Shown here in pieces: positions 10,729-20,493 of a stretch of 64,000 bases of DNA (positions are counted from its first letter, which is position 1; every line of letters starts with the position of its first letter). Below the pieces are notes generated by a model. The model was given only the letters and a program-made list of their open reading frames with translations, was not told the DNA's origin and ran no database searches. The position numbers and the translations under genes were made by a program. The stretch is from Candidatus Latescibacterota bacterium (GTDB lineage: Bacteria; Latescibacterota; UBA2968; GCA-2709665): positions 4,448,001 through 4,512,000 of the forward strand of contig OZ242180.1 of NCBI GenBank assembly GCA_965205485.1, in the 5' to 3' direction.

Positions 10729-11691
10729 CTACCTTCTGCTGATCAGCATTTCGAACTTCTGAATGCGATGGTTGCCGCCGTCCAGAACAAAGAGGAACTT
10801 CCCGCCGCCGAATGCCACGTCCGACGGCGCTCTGAATGCGCCCGGCCCCCCTCCGGCATCGGGCCCGCCGATCAGCAAGGCCACCTCCCCCGTCCGAAGG
10901 TCCAATACCACGATGCGGTGATGTCCGGTGTCGGCCACAAACAATACGTCCTCGGGCCCCGTGCACACACCGGCGGGTTCGGAGAGCGACCCTTCCGCCA
11001 GACTCATCCTGAAACTTCCGTACCGGTCGAATATCGCGACCCGATCGTTTTCGCTGTCACAGACGTAGACTTCGTTCTTCTGTCCGACGGCGAGACCAAG
11101 AGGACGCCGAAGCCGGTCGGCGCCATAACCGTACCCCCCGAACTGGGTGTCCAAAGGGCTGTAATCGCTGATCTGTACAACCTGGTCCGCATCGGTATCC
11201 GACACGTAAAGCTCACCGTCTTCGGATACCGCGATCCCGCCGAGTGTCCCCAACCTGATCGGACCGTCGACGTCCCGCCCTCCGACCACACCCAACAGGC
11301 GGAAGTGCGGGCTGAAGATCTGGATGCGGTTGTTCCTACCGTCCGCGACACACACCTCCAGCCCGCCCCTTCCCACCGCAACCCCCGCCGGCTGGCTGAA
11401 TTGACCGGGGTCCCAGCCAAAGGTGCCCACTTCCGACATATACGTCCCGTCCGTGTCGAACTTCTGAATGCGGTCGTTTCCGGTATCGGCCACGTAAAGA
11501 TTGCCGAAAGCGTCCAGGGCGATGGCGGACGGTTCGTGAAAGTGCCCGATCCCGCCCCCCTTCTGGCCGAAAGCCGAGGTAAAGCGGAAGGCAACCGTCA
11601 GTCTGGACGGTGCTTTCTTCTCCTCCGGGACGCCCGGAACGGCCATACCCATCGACATACAGAAAACAAGGACCCGCAGTCGCATTTTCAT
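10729..11691 (-). CDS. secreted NHL-repeat (6-bladed beta-propeller) protein
   Basis: Repeated P.GIA.D..GNLYVADTGN.RIQ.F units; signal peptide from ATG 11691. Confidence 0.9.
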   Translation of the reverse strand: MKMRLRVLVFCMSMGMAVPGVPEEKKAPSRLTVAFRFTSAFGQKGGGIGHFHEPSAIALDAFGNLYVADTGNDRIQKFDTDGTYMSEVGTFGWDPGQFSQPAGVAVGRGGLEVCVADGRNNRIQIFSPHFRLLGVVGGRDVDGPIRLGTLGGIAVSEDGELYVSDTDADQVVQISDYSPLDTQFGGYGYGADRLRRPLGLAVGQKNEVYVCDSENDRVAIFDRYGSFRMSLAEGSLSEPAGVCTGPEDVLFVADTGHHRIVVLDLRTGEVALLIGGPDAGGGPGAFRAPSDVAFGGGKFLFVLDGGNHRIQKFEMLISRR

Positions 11692-11806
11692 CCTTCCGAC
11701 GCGTAACCGATTCCACTGACGGTCAGCGCCCCACACGAAAGGCGTTTGCCGATCAGAAATGTGCGCCAAGAATGGTGATCGTTTATGTTTCTTAAACTGA
11801 AACAGG

Positions 11807-13033
11807 CTACAGCCTCAGTTTTCTCTCGATGCTCTCCACGGCCGACTCGATGTCCTCACGGTGTCCGAATGCGCTCAATCTGAAGAAACCCTCGCCGCTG
11901 GGGCCAAATCCCGCCCCCGGCGTCCCGACGACGCGCGCCTCGGAAAGCAACTTGTCGAAGAATTCCCACGAACCCATGCCCCCGGGCGTCTTCATCCAGA
12001 GATACGGCGCGTGGACCCCGCCGTAGACCGTCAGTCCCATCCCTTCCAGTCCCGAACGGATGCGCGCGGCGTTGGCCATATAATACGCGACCATCGCGGC
12101 GCACTCCGCCTTTCCCGCCTCCGTAAACACCGCCAGTCCGCCGCCCTGCACGATATTGGAGGCGCCGTTGAACATCGTATTCTGACGTCTGCGCCAGAGC
12201 CCGTTCACAACGCCGGGCCCGGCGTCTTCCACGGCGAGTTCCCGGGGGACGACCGTCCAGCCCAGCCGTACACCCGTAAAACCGGTATCCTTGGAAAAGC
12301 TGTTGATCTCGATCGCGCAGGAACTTGCGCCGTCGACCTCGAAGATGCTGTGCGGCACCTCGGGATCCGAAATATAGGCGCAGTACGCCGCGTCAAAGAT
12401 GATCACCGCCCGGTGTTCGCGGGCATAGTCTACAAACGTCTGAAGCTGACTCGCGGTTGCAACGGACCCGATCGGGTTGTTCGGGCTGCAGATGTAGATC
12501 AGATCCACCTTGTCCGCCGGCAGTTCGGGAAAGAAGCCGTTCGCCTCGGTGCAGGGCATGTATACGATTCCCTCGTACTGACCCGCCTCCGCCTTCCCCG
12601 TGCGACCGGCGATTACGTTGCTGTCCACGTAGACCGGATAGGCCGGGTCCTGCACCGCCACCACGTTGTCCACGCCGAAAATGGACTGAATATTCGCGGA
12701 ATCGGGCTTTCCGCCGTCGCTCACGAATATCTCGTCCGGATCCAGAGTAATGCCGCGCTCCGCGTATCGGCCGGCGATCGCCTCTCTGAGAGGCAACTCG
12801 CCTTCGCTCCCGTCCGCATAACCGGTATAGGTCTCGACGGCCGCGAGCTTTTCCACGGCCTGATGCAATCCGGCAATCACACTCGGCGGCAGCGGCTCGG
12901 TGGTGTTTCCGATGCCGAGGCGCATCACTTCGGCGTCGGGATGATCGTCCAGATAGGCACCGGTCCGCCTCGCGATTTCCGGGAAGAGATAGCCGGCCGA
13001 GAGTTTGTTGTAGTTGGAATTGATGGTCGCCAT
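11807..13033 (-). CDS. dapL: LL-diaminopimelate aminotransferase
   Basis: MATINSNYNKLSAGYLFPEI, CSPNNP, SFSKDTGFTGVR, GFGPSGEGFFRLSAFG; GGAGG RBS. Confidence 0.93.
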   Translation of the reverse strand: MATINSNYNKLSAGYLFPEIARRTGAYLDDHPDAEVMRLGIGNTTEPLPPSVIAGLHQAVEKLAAVETYTGYADGSEGELPLREAIAGRYAERGITLDPDEIFVSDGGKPDSANIQSIFGVDNVVAVQDPAYPVYVDSNVIAGRTGKAEAGQYEGIVYMPCTEANGFFPELPADKVDLIYICSPNNPIGSVATASQLQTFVDYAREHRAVIIFDAAYCAYISDPEVPHSIFEVDGASSCAIEINSFSKDTGFTGVRLGWTVVPRELAVEDAGPGVVNGLWRRRQNTMFNGASNIVQGGGLAVFTEAGKAECAAMVAYYMANAARIRSGLEGMGLTVYGGVHAPYLWMKTPGGMGSWEFFDKLLSEARVVGTPGAGFGPSGEGFFRLSAFGHREDIESAVESIERKLRL

Positions 13034-13163
13034 CTTATCAGATTTCCTCCCCTTTGTGTTTTGGATCGTGATCGTCACCAGCCGTACCAGACGGATGTAA
13101 CTCCGCCTTGCACGGATACCGGCGATCGGAGATTCCGAACAATATACACGTGAGCCTCGGAAA

Positions 13164-13484
13164 TTACAGCCCTAACTGGGCCGTTATCACGCGTTCCACA
13201 CTTTCCATATCCGAAAAGGAGATTCGCCCTTGAAGCGCAGTTAACCGGTGTTTGCTTACCGTTGTCAACTGATCGGCCATCGCCTTGCTTCTTTCTTCAC
13301 TCACAGTCACATAGGCTTCACTGGGATAGAGGCGATCGAGATTGCTCGTTAACGGCACGACCTGAACACGATTCAGATGCCTGTTGGATGCGTCGTTACT
13401 CACGATAATCGCGGGACGTCTCTTGCGGACTTCGCCGCCAAAGGACGGGTTGAAATTCACCCACCATACTTCACCTCTGAGCAT
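13164..13484 (-). CDS. mazF: type II toxin, PemK/MazF endoribonuclease
   Basis: [29 protein letters not shown] and ADQLTTVSK signatures. Confidence 0.92.
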   Translation of the reverse strand: MLRGEVWWVNFNPSFGGEVRKRRPAIIVSNDASNRHLNRVQVVPLTSNLDRLYPSEAYVTVSEERSKAMADQLTTVSKHRLTALQGRISFSDMESVERVITAQLGL

Positions 13485-13701
13485 CGAATGCGTCCCCCAC
13501 GGTTGCTTCCGCCCATTCCGCGGCTTCGGCTTCCCGTTCCTCGTCGATCGCCATCTCCGCGTATGCCTTCTCGAGGTCGGGGCGAAGCACGTGCGGGCGC
13601 ACCAGCGTTTCTACGAAGCGGCTGATGCGGCGTCGGCCGATGATCTGATGCAGGCCTTCATACACTTCTTCATCAATGGTGATGGTCAACTTTTTCCGCA
13701 T
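13471..13701 (-). CDS. antitoxin (RHH-like) cognate to MazF toxin
   Basis: 76 aa, [13 protein letters not shown]-terminus, acidic C-terminus, overlaps toxin start. Confidence 0.85.
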   Translation of the reverse strand: MRKKLTITIDEEVYEGLHQIIGRRRISRFVETLVRPHVLRPDLEKAYAEMAIDEEREAEAAEWAEATVGDAFDAQR

Positions 13702-13736
13702 TTGTATTTCCCCGTTTCAGACGGCACGGAAACCAT

Positions 13737-13759
13737 TTATACGTGTATTATACGTATAA
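13737..13759. promoter_or_regulatory. palindromic operator candidate for TA autoregulation
   Basis: TTATACGT-N7-ACGTATAA perfect inverted repeat upstream of antitoxin; minus-strand TTGACA at 13776-13781. Confidence 0.6.
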
Positions 13760-13843
13760 GAATTTCCGGTGACGATGTCAAGTCCGACGACAACCATCGG
13801 AAGGCCGGATTCGTCGTTGCAAACGCCATCTATACGGCCTGCG

Positions 13844-14227
13844 CTATTTGGTCTCGACAAAGGCCAGAATAAACCCGTCGGGATCCGAGACGTAGAATTC
13901 ATGGCCGTAGGGCATCTCCCTGAGCGGCTGTGTGAACGGCACGGACTTGCTTTGCGCTTCCTTGTACGCGGTCCGGATATCGTCTACCGTAAACGTGACG
14001 TCCAGGTGCTCGTTCTCCAGACGGAATTCCCTCTCGCCGCGCGGCGCGTCGGCGAGTTTCAGATGGATCGAGTGACCGTCCCGCACGATTCCCGCGTAGA
14101 AATCTTCATACCGGAAGTCCAGGTCGAATCCGAGTTGTTGAGTATAGAATCCGATCGAACAGTCCAGATCGGCGACAAGGAATTGAGGGCTCATGCCTGT
14201 CAGTTTCGCGGAGGGTGTCATATTCAT
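13844..14227 (-). CDS. VOC/glyoxalase (bleomycin-resistance-like) protein
   Basis: VADLDCSIGFYTQQLGF ... MPYGHEFYVSDPDG. Confidence 0.88.
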   Translation of the reverse strand: MNMTPSAKLTGMSPQFLVADLDCSIGFYTQQLGFDLDFRYEDFYAGIVRDGHSIHLKLADAPRGEREFRLENEHLDVTFTVDDIRTAYKEAQSKSVPFTQPLREMPYGHEFYVSDPDGFILAFVETK

Positions 14228-14323
14228 GAGTCTCCCTTCGGAGGTATCGGATTAGCCGCGTCTTTCGGGGCTCGACTGGCTTAGAATGACGTACCGGCCC
14301 ATAGTCAAGCACGTAATTCCCGC

Positions 14324-14454
14324 TGTCACCCTGAGGAGGCCGTCAGGCAGTCGAAGGATCTACTGCAGCAATGGATCATCCCCTCGCGACTTGCACATGG
14401 CGACGCCTGAGAGACAGCACGTCCGCCTCCCACTTCGCTCCGCTCAGAATGACA
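14324..14454. repeat. degenerate inverted REP pair (GTCATTCTGAGCG-type)
   Basis: TGTCACCCTGAGG...CGAAGGATCT facing CTTCGCTCCGCTCAGAATGACA. Confidence 0.55.
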
Positions 14455-14690
14455 TGCCTTGCAACAGCCAGTGGCGAAATGTGTCGGTCAGGCGTCGGCA
14501 TGAACTGGCATCCTGTCGAACCCGCCGGGCTGTCGAGATTACCCAATTGCATGGGTGTCAGGTATTGGGTACAATAAAGCGCCCGGATTCAACCGCGTCA
14601 AGCGGCAGATCGCAACAGAACGTGCGCATACGTCGCGCACTCGTCGCGAGTGTGATCGGAAAAACGGAGGCCCGCCGCAATGGAGGACCG

Positions 14691-15695
14691 ATGACCTGGG
14701 GAAGAATCTACCTGTGGATTGCAATTCTGATCTTCGCCGCCGCCGCATCGGTCGTGGCCCGCCTGGTTGAAATCGGTCAGGCGAACCTGATCGACGGCCG
14801 CAATCCCATTTCCTTCTGTAACCTGCTCTTCGCCGGAAACCTCGTGGCGGCGTTGACCCTGTTCGCCCTCAATCAACGGGAATGGCGCCCCTCCCGTCTG
14901 CGAAGGCTGTCGCGCCGACAGTGGCTGGTTCAGACGATCCTGGCGCTAACGTCGGGCGCGGTCGCGCCAGCCATGATGTTTACGGCCATCGCGCGCACCT
15001 CGGTCACCAATATCGTCCTGATCGAGACGATAGAAATCCCGCTTGTCCTTTTGCTGGCCTGGGTTTTTTATCGGGAGAAATCGAGCGGAACCGCCGTATT
15101 CGGAGCGTTGTGTGCGGTCGGGGGCGTTGCGGCAACGCTATTGCTGCAGACGGACGCGTCGCCGGAAAGCATGGCGGCGGCGCGAATGCGGGGCGGCGTG
15201 GGCAGCGGTGAGGTCTTCGCTGCGGCCGCGACCGTCCTGCTGGTGTGCGGCGCGGAGATCGGCCGAAAGCAGCTTCAGACGATCCCCCTGGGTATCTTCA
15301 GCGTCTACCGGAACCTGCTGGGCGCAGTCTTCTTTCTCGCAATCGGGCTCTACCTGTTCGGCATCGAGCACTTCGCGGACGTCTTCTCGCCGGTGCTTTG
15401 GGGCTGGATGGTCCTCTATGGCGGCATCGTGGTGGCCTGCGGGCAGCTGGCGTGGTTTTCCGGCATCAAACGCGTGCGCCCCGCCGACATCGCCACCGCG
15501 TCGTCCTTCTCTCCGGTGGCCGGCGTACTCTTCGCAGGGCTTATCCTGGGCGAGGTGCCCATGCCGGCGCAACTCATCGGCGGCGGCATCATCCTCACGG
15601 GAATCGCGATCGCGCTGTGGGGCGAGTTGCGCGGCGAGCGCTCCTCACGGCCGGCCGTAAATGAGGACAAGGTCAAAGCGTTCACCGGCGTCTGA
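14691..15695 (+). CDS. DMT/EamA family transporter
   Basis: About 10 TM segments, two EamA repeats, GRNPISFCNLLF; GGAGG RBS before ATG 14691. Confidence 0.88.
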   Translation: MTWGRIYLWIAILIFAAAASVVARLVEIGQANLIDGRNPISFCNLLFAGNLVAALTLFALNQREWRPSRLRRLSRRQWLVQTILALTSGAVAPAMMFTAIARTSVTNIVLIETIEIPLVLLLAWVFYREKSSGTAVFGALCAVGGVAATLLLQTDASPESMAAARMRGGVGSGEVFAAAATVLLVCGAEIGRKQLQTIPLGIFSVYRNLLGAVFFLAIGLYLFGIEHFADVFSPVLWGWMVLYGGIVVACGQLAWFSGIKRVRPADIATASSFSPVAGVLFAGLILGEVPMPAQLIGGGIILTGIAIALWGELRGERSSRPAVNEDKVKAFTGV

Positions 15696-15742
15696 ACCGA
15701 AACCTGAAGATGGCGCCCATTTCGGCAGGATGACAATAGAAA

Positions 15743-15770
15743 GGGGGCAGACAGGAATGTCCGCCCCACC
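15743..15770. repeat. REP-like palindrome
   Basis: GGGGCAGACA-GGAA-TGTCCGCCCC; a half copy GTGGGGCGGACAT lies at 5721-5733. Confidence 0.55.
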
Positions 15771-15839
15771 CTCACGTGCGTGTTCTCAATGGCCCGACTG
15801 CGCCGCCAGGCGTGGGGGCGACCGGCCGGTCGCCCCGGT

Positions 15840-16256
15840 TTATCGGGTTGTCGCCAAAGGTCCACTCAGGCTGTCCACGACGGCCTTGAGTTTCCGGTAG
15901 GCGGTCTCCGGATCGAAACCGGCCATTCGGTAACGGACAATCCCCTCCTTGTCCGCGACCAGCGTTACCGGCAGAGATTTCGTCCCGGTCTTCACATATA
16001 GACTCTGTTCTTTGCTGTCCCAGGCGGTTTCAAACGTATCCTCGTACTTGCTCGCGGTTTTTCGAACGAGGTTTGGTACCTGGTCTTTCGTGATACCCGG
16101 AACGGATTCAAGAGGGGTGTGAACGGCGATCACCTTAACTCCGCTTCCGGAAGTCTCTCTCGCGAGTCGGGCAATAACCGGCAACTCCGCCAGGCAGGGT
16201 CCGCACCAGATAGCCCAGGCGCGCTCGTCGACAGGCGAAATTGCGCTCGCAGCCGT
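15840..16256 (-). pseudogene. TlpA-family thioredoxin-like protein, N-terminally truncated
   Basis: In-frame WAIWCGPCLAELP (WCGPC at 16194-16208) upstream of the tracked ORF; in-frame stop at 16257-16259 with no standard start codon before the motif. Confidence 0.7.
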
Positions 16257-16267
16257 TCAGGCTGCTT

Positions 16268-17002
16268 TCAGGCCTTGGCGACGGTCTTCCTGGCCGTTTC
16301 GGCGGTCGTGTGGTAGTTCCAACCTCGCAACACCAGGTTCTCGCTGAACTGGTGGATGTCCTCCTTCCGATCTTTACCGGATAACATCCGCGCAATCACA
16401 ACCTTCCTCGGGTTTTCAGATCGGTTGGACGGCGAACCATGTACGATGAAGTAGTCAAAAAAAGTGACGTCGCCCGGCTCGGCCTCGATCGCGGTGGAAC
16501 CTTCAAACGGGAACCTTTCGTGGAACTCGGCATTCGTGGCGGTAGAGCCATCCACCCTGCCGTGTCTGTGCGAACCCGGATAGACTCTGAGGCAGCCCAT
16601 TTCTTCGGTGGCTTCGCTGATATGGATCATTCCCGCAATCATGGTGTTCTTCTCGGTTGGCAGATAGCTCCAGTCCTGGTGCATATGGAACGGCGTCGTA
16701 CCGGTTGTCATCCGCTTCTCGAAGAGCGTGGAATGGTTGAGTACGATGTCCGGACCGATGAGCTGTTCGACGATGTCGAGGAACTTCCTGTGAAGCAGGG
16801 CCGCCATCCACAAACCCGAATACTGCTGCACGTTGCGTGTGCCGAAGACACCGTTGTCGTTCGAAGCGCCCTCGGCGTCTTTGCCGAGCTGGCTGACAAT
16901 GCGATCGAATTCATTCTCAAGACGGCCGACTTCACCGGGCGAAAAGACGCCTTTGGCCAGGTAGTAGCCGTTTTCCTCAAAGAACGCGCGCGTTTCTCTC
17001 AT
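16268..17002 (-). CDS. phytanoyl-CoA dioxygenase (PhyH) family
   Basis: FFEENGYY, HQD, GCLRVYPGSH, HGS..N.S...R. Confidence 0.9.
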   Translation of the reverse strand: MRETRAFFEENGYYLAKGVFSPGEVGRLENEFDRIVSQLGKDAEGASNDNGVFGTRNVQQYSGLWMAALLHRKFLDIVEQLIGPDIVLNHSTLFEKRMTTGTTPFHMHQDWSYLPTEKNTMIAGMIHISEATEEMGCLRVYPGSHRHGRVDGSTATNAEFHERFPFEGSTAIEAEPGDVTFFDYFIVHGSPSNRSENPRKVVIARMLSGKDRKEDIHQFSENLVLRGWNYHTTAETARKTVAKA

Positions 17003-17017
17003 CCTGCCCTCCGGTTT

Positions 17018-18044
17018 TCATTTGAGGCTAAGTTCAACTTCGCGGCCGGTGCGTGCGGATTTCTCGGACGCTTCGAGTACCTTGAGTACGTTCAGGCCGT
17101 GAACCTGCGGTATCGGCGTATCGTCGTCCCCGTTCGAGAGACTCGATAAAATCGGTGAATTCGTCCACCAGGCTGTCTCGAACGGGCACGGATTCGCGCC
17201 GCCATGTCCCGTCGGCCGTATCAGCGATGAACAGAGCCGGCGGGTCGCTGCCGCCGTAGGGCAGACGGAAGCGCGCCATGCCACGAGTGAAGAACCAGTC
17301 GCCGCCGTACTCCGTTGCCCCGCGCGCCCACGCAATGCGGCTGACTGCGGCGACGATCCCGCTCTTCCATCGGATAAAATACATGCCGGTATCGTCGCAG
17401 TCAATGGCCGGATGTTCGGACTTCGGAAACGTGAACTGCCCCTGCTGTGCCGAAACGGTCGCGACGTCGTTCCCGATAATCCAGAGCAGCCGGTCGATCT
17501 GGTGGGCGCCGTCCATCTGGCCCATGCCGCCGCCCCGCTCGCGGTCCAGCATCCACTCGGGCCGATTGTAGGGACCGTACGGCTTGTGCCACATGTCGTA
17601 GGCCATGATCACGGACCCCAGGTCGCCGCGGTCCACGATTTCCTTCATCGCCGCGACGGCAGGAAAGTAGCGTTGCGTGTGCGCCGTCATGAGCTTGACG
17701 CCGTTCTCCCTGGCCGCGGCCAGCATCTCCTCCGCCTGCCACGCCCACGCCGCGAGCGGCTTCTCCATGAAGATGTGCTTTCCCGCGGCCGCGGCATCCA
17801 GCGCCGCCTGGTAGTGGAGCCAGTGCGGCAGGGTCCCGATCACAACGTCAACGTCGTCGCGCTTCAGGGCTTCCCGGTAGTCTGCCACAAAGTCGACGCC
17901 CGGGTGCCGGCTCCGCCAGCGCGCGGCGGCATCCTCCCTGGGCTCGGCGACAACCTTTATGTCTGCGCCGGGGGTTTTCTTCACGACATCGATGTAACTG
18001 CCGCCGATGCGGCCGGTCCCCAGCACCGCGACGCCGAAAGACAT
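17018..18044 (-). CDS. Gfo/Idh/MocA oxidoreductase with apparent frameshift near the C-terminus
   Basis: GTGRIG, GKHIFMEKP; the typical tail HGLNVLKVLEASEKSARTGREVEL is in a different frame, ending at 17018. Confidence 0.8.
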
Positions 18045-18146
18045 GGGGCACGTTCCTTGAAAGGACGTTGCTTCCGGGAAAATGAGCGGCGGTACGAAAA
18101 TCCGCCCATATCCAATGTTCGTGGCTGCGCGCCCCTCGCCACTCTT

Positions 18147-18219
18147 GGGTGGATTTGACCAACGCCGACCGGCGCTTTTGCAGCCGTGCGAAGACCGCTG
18201 GGAATTTTAAGACAGCTTC
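18147..18219. mobile_element. MITE family A, one-ended copy
   Basis: 65/73 nt identical to the reverse complement of 36776-36848. Confidence 0.75.
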
Positions 18220-19365
18220 TCAGGACAGCCACGACTTGGCAAACACGAGCGCCGCCGGAATGCCGAAGAACGCAAACACGATATACATGATGGCCAGCCA
18301 CTTCCGTTCGCTGCCCAGGCGCGCAAGCCACTCGGCGCCCACGATCGGAATATCCCGGAGCCAGGGGATGCCATAGATCACGATGACACCCACCAGGTTG
18401 TACAGAAAATGCGCGATCGCGATCTGGTGCGCAACGGCGTGGGTGGGTCCCGTGATCGCGGTTGCGGCGAGAAGCGCGGTAATGGTCGTCCCGATATTTG
18501 CGCCGAGCGTGAACGGGTAGACCTGACGAAGCCGGATCACACCCGACCCCGCCAGAGGCACGATGAGGCTTGTGGTTGTCGAGGACGACTGCACCAGCAC
18601 GGTAACCAGCGTTCCGGAGCATATGCCGGTAACCGGACCCCTTCCGACTGCCGCGTGCAGGAATCTCTGCGCCTTGCCCACGAACACGCTCTTCAGCGCC
18701 TTGCCCAGGTACATGATCGACACCAGAATAAGCGTGATCCCCAGAATGATCAGAACCAGTCCCGCCCAGACGTCGGGGAGCCAGGAGACCATTGACTCGA
18801 CAAGCCCGGTACCGAAGCCGATGACAATCTTGAAGATGCCCTTCCCGCCCGCATCGACCGTCCCGATGTTCTCGACGATATGGGTCAACTCGCCGCTCAG
18901 CTTGTCGATAAAGCCGAATGCGAGTTCCAATGGCAGGAAGATCACGATGCTCAGAACGTTGAAGAAATCGTGCACCGTGGCGGCGGCGAATGCTTTCCTG
19001 AATTCGTCACCGCGGCCCACGTGCCCGAAGCTGACGATCGTATTGGTGATCGTCGTCCCCACATTGGCGCCCATGACCATCGGTATCGCAACGGCGATGG
19101 GCATTCCTCCGGCGACAAGACCGACGATGATGGAGGTCACCGTGCTGGAAGACTGAAGCAACGCCGTTGCCAGTATACCCAGCACCAGTCCGACGAACGG
19201 GTTCGTCCCAAGTGCGAACAGGGATGCGACGCCCTCCTTGCCGAACTCCAGGCGAAAGCCCTTGCCGATCACGCCGACGGCGACCAGCAGCACGTAGATG
19301 CACAGGATGACGACGAACCAGCGCACGTACTCTGACTGGAAGGCCATCCTTTTTCCCTGCGCCAT
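18220..19365 (-). CDS. Na+/Pi cotransporter (NptA/SLC34 family)
   Basis: Two QSSS motifs; GANVGTT and GANIGTT. Confidence 0.92.
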   Translation of the reverse strand: MAQGKRMAFQSEYVRWFVVILCIYVLLVAVGVIGKGFRLEFGKEGVASLFALGTNPFVGLVLGILATALLQSSSTVTSIIVGLVAGGMPIAVAIPMVMGANVGTTITNTIVSFGHVGRGDEFRKAFAAATVHDFFNVLSIVIFLPLELAFGFIDKLSGELTHIVENIGTVDAGGKGIFKIVIGFGTGLVESMVSWLPDVWAGLVLIILGITLILVSIMYLGKALKSVFVGKAQRFLHAAVGRGPVTGICSGTLVTVLVQSSSTTTSLIVPLAGSGVIRLRQVYPFTLGANIGTTITALLAATAITGPTHAVAHQIAIAHFLYNLVGVIVIYGIPWLRDIPIVGAEWLARLGSERKWLAIMYIVFAFFGIPAALVFAKSWLS

Positions 19366-19426
19366 ATCCGACTCCTCCCGTGCGCCGGTTGCCGCACCGC
19401 GTGTATGCAGGATTTCCCGCCGTTCC

Positions 19427-20302
19427 TTAGAATTGCCCGCGGCGGAATGCGTATCTGAGTTCGCCGGTCAACAGGCTGCGTTGTTCGGGCGTCACCCGTT
19501 CCAGCAGATCGGCCGGCGGGTCGTAGCGATTCCAGGTCTGCATGAACGGCGCCGTGTATCCGTAGACCAGCGAATAGCGAGGCCTTGCGCCGGCTTTCAA
19601 TCTGGGACCGGCGTGGATCAGCGTTTCTGTCAGGATGAGTACGTCTCCGGCCCGGGATTCGAGCTGCCGCGCCACGGTACCGTCCATGAATTCGCGTAGC
19701 GTTCCCGTGGGCATGTCCATCCGATGGCTTCCCGGAACCACCCACGTGCCCTCCCCGGGACCGTTGTCGGTCAGGTAGATGAAGGCTTTGGTGAACATAC
19801 AGTGATAATGCCCGTTCGCTTCGAAGCTCCCGAAGTTCGGCGCGATGCCCCTGTGCCATCCCTCATCTGCCACACGGCATTCGTGAAATTCTTTATCCTT
19901 TTCCGGCCCAATGGGATAGTTGATAAGATACTGATGCTCCTCCAGGCGCACGTCACCCCCCACCACGTCCTGCATGATTGGAAACAGGACCGGATGCATC
20001 GCCGTTTCCAGCAGATGCGGATGATACCATGCGCATCGTGACAGTATCGTCAGCGCCGGCGTCTTCGGATACCCGTCGTGCTTGTACGCGCAGCCGTCGT
20101 CAGCGTCCATCCGGTCCGCGAGATCGATCAGGCGCCTGCATTCCGCCGGACTGAAAATCCCCTCGACCAGGACGTAGCCGTTGACGTCGAAGAAATAACG
20201 TTCCGCCCGCGTCAGTCCTGTGCTTTCCCTCGTTGCGGTTTCCAATTCGATATGTCTCCCAAAGGGTCCTGAACGATCGATGCGGCGTCGAAGACCGGAC
20301 AT
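19427..20302 (-). CDS. PhyH family dioxygenase
   Basis: FFDVNGYV, WHRG, GTWVVPGSH, AGDVLILTETLIH; start uncertain (20302 or 20314). Confidence 0.82.
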   Translation of the reverse strand: MSGLRRRIDRSGPFGRHIELETATRESTGLTRAERYFFDVNGYVLVEGIFSPAECRRLIDLADRMDADDGCAYKHDGYPKTPALTILSRCAWYHPHLLETAMHPVLFPIMQDVVGGDVRLEEHQYLINYPIGPEKDKEFHECRVADEGWHRGIAPNFGSFEANGHYHCMFTKAFIYLTDNGPGEGTWVVPGSHRMDMPTGTLREFMDGTVARQLESRAGDVLILTETLIHAGPRLKAGARPRYSLVYGYTAPFMQTWNRYDPPADLLERVTPEQRSLLTGELRYAFRRGQF

Positions 20303-20493
20303 GGACGGACACAAATCAGCTGAGTTGACCCGCTAACAACTATTGTAACAAGAAATGTGAGTTTTCGACAGATGCGGCACGGTCGATAATTTGATATGAA
20401 GAGCGAAAATCAGGATTATCTTTCCGTACACGGGACATCGGCTTCAGAATTTACGAGTCCGCTCACTACATTGCAACGTCGGGGAATTTACAT

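Noticed and set aside
13034..13163. Lysine riboswitch upstream of dapL
   Set aside because: The spacer is too short and lacks recognisable L-box motifs.
13164..13701. TA pair as marker of a prophage or island
   Set aside because: No integrase, phage genes or att repeats nearby; it appears to be a solitary TA module.
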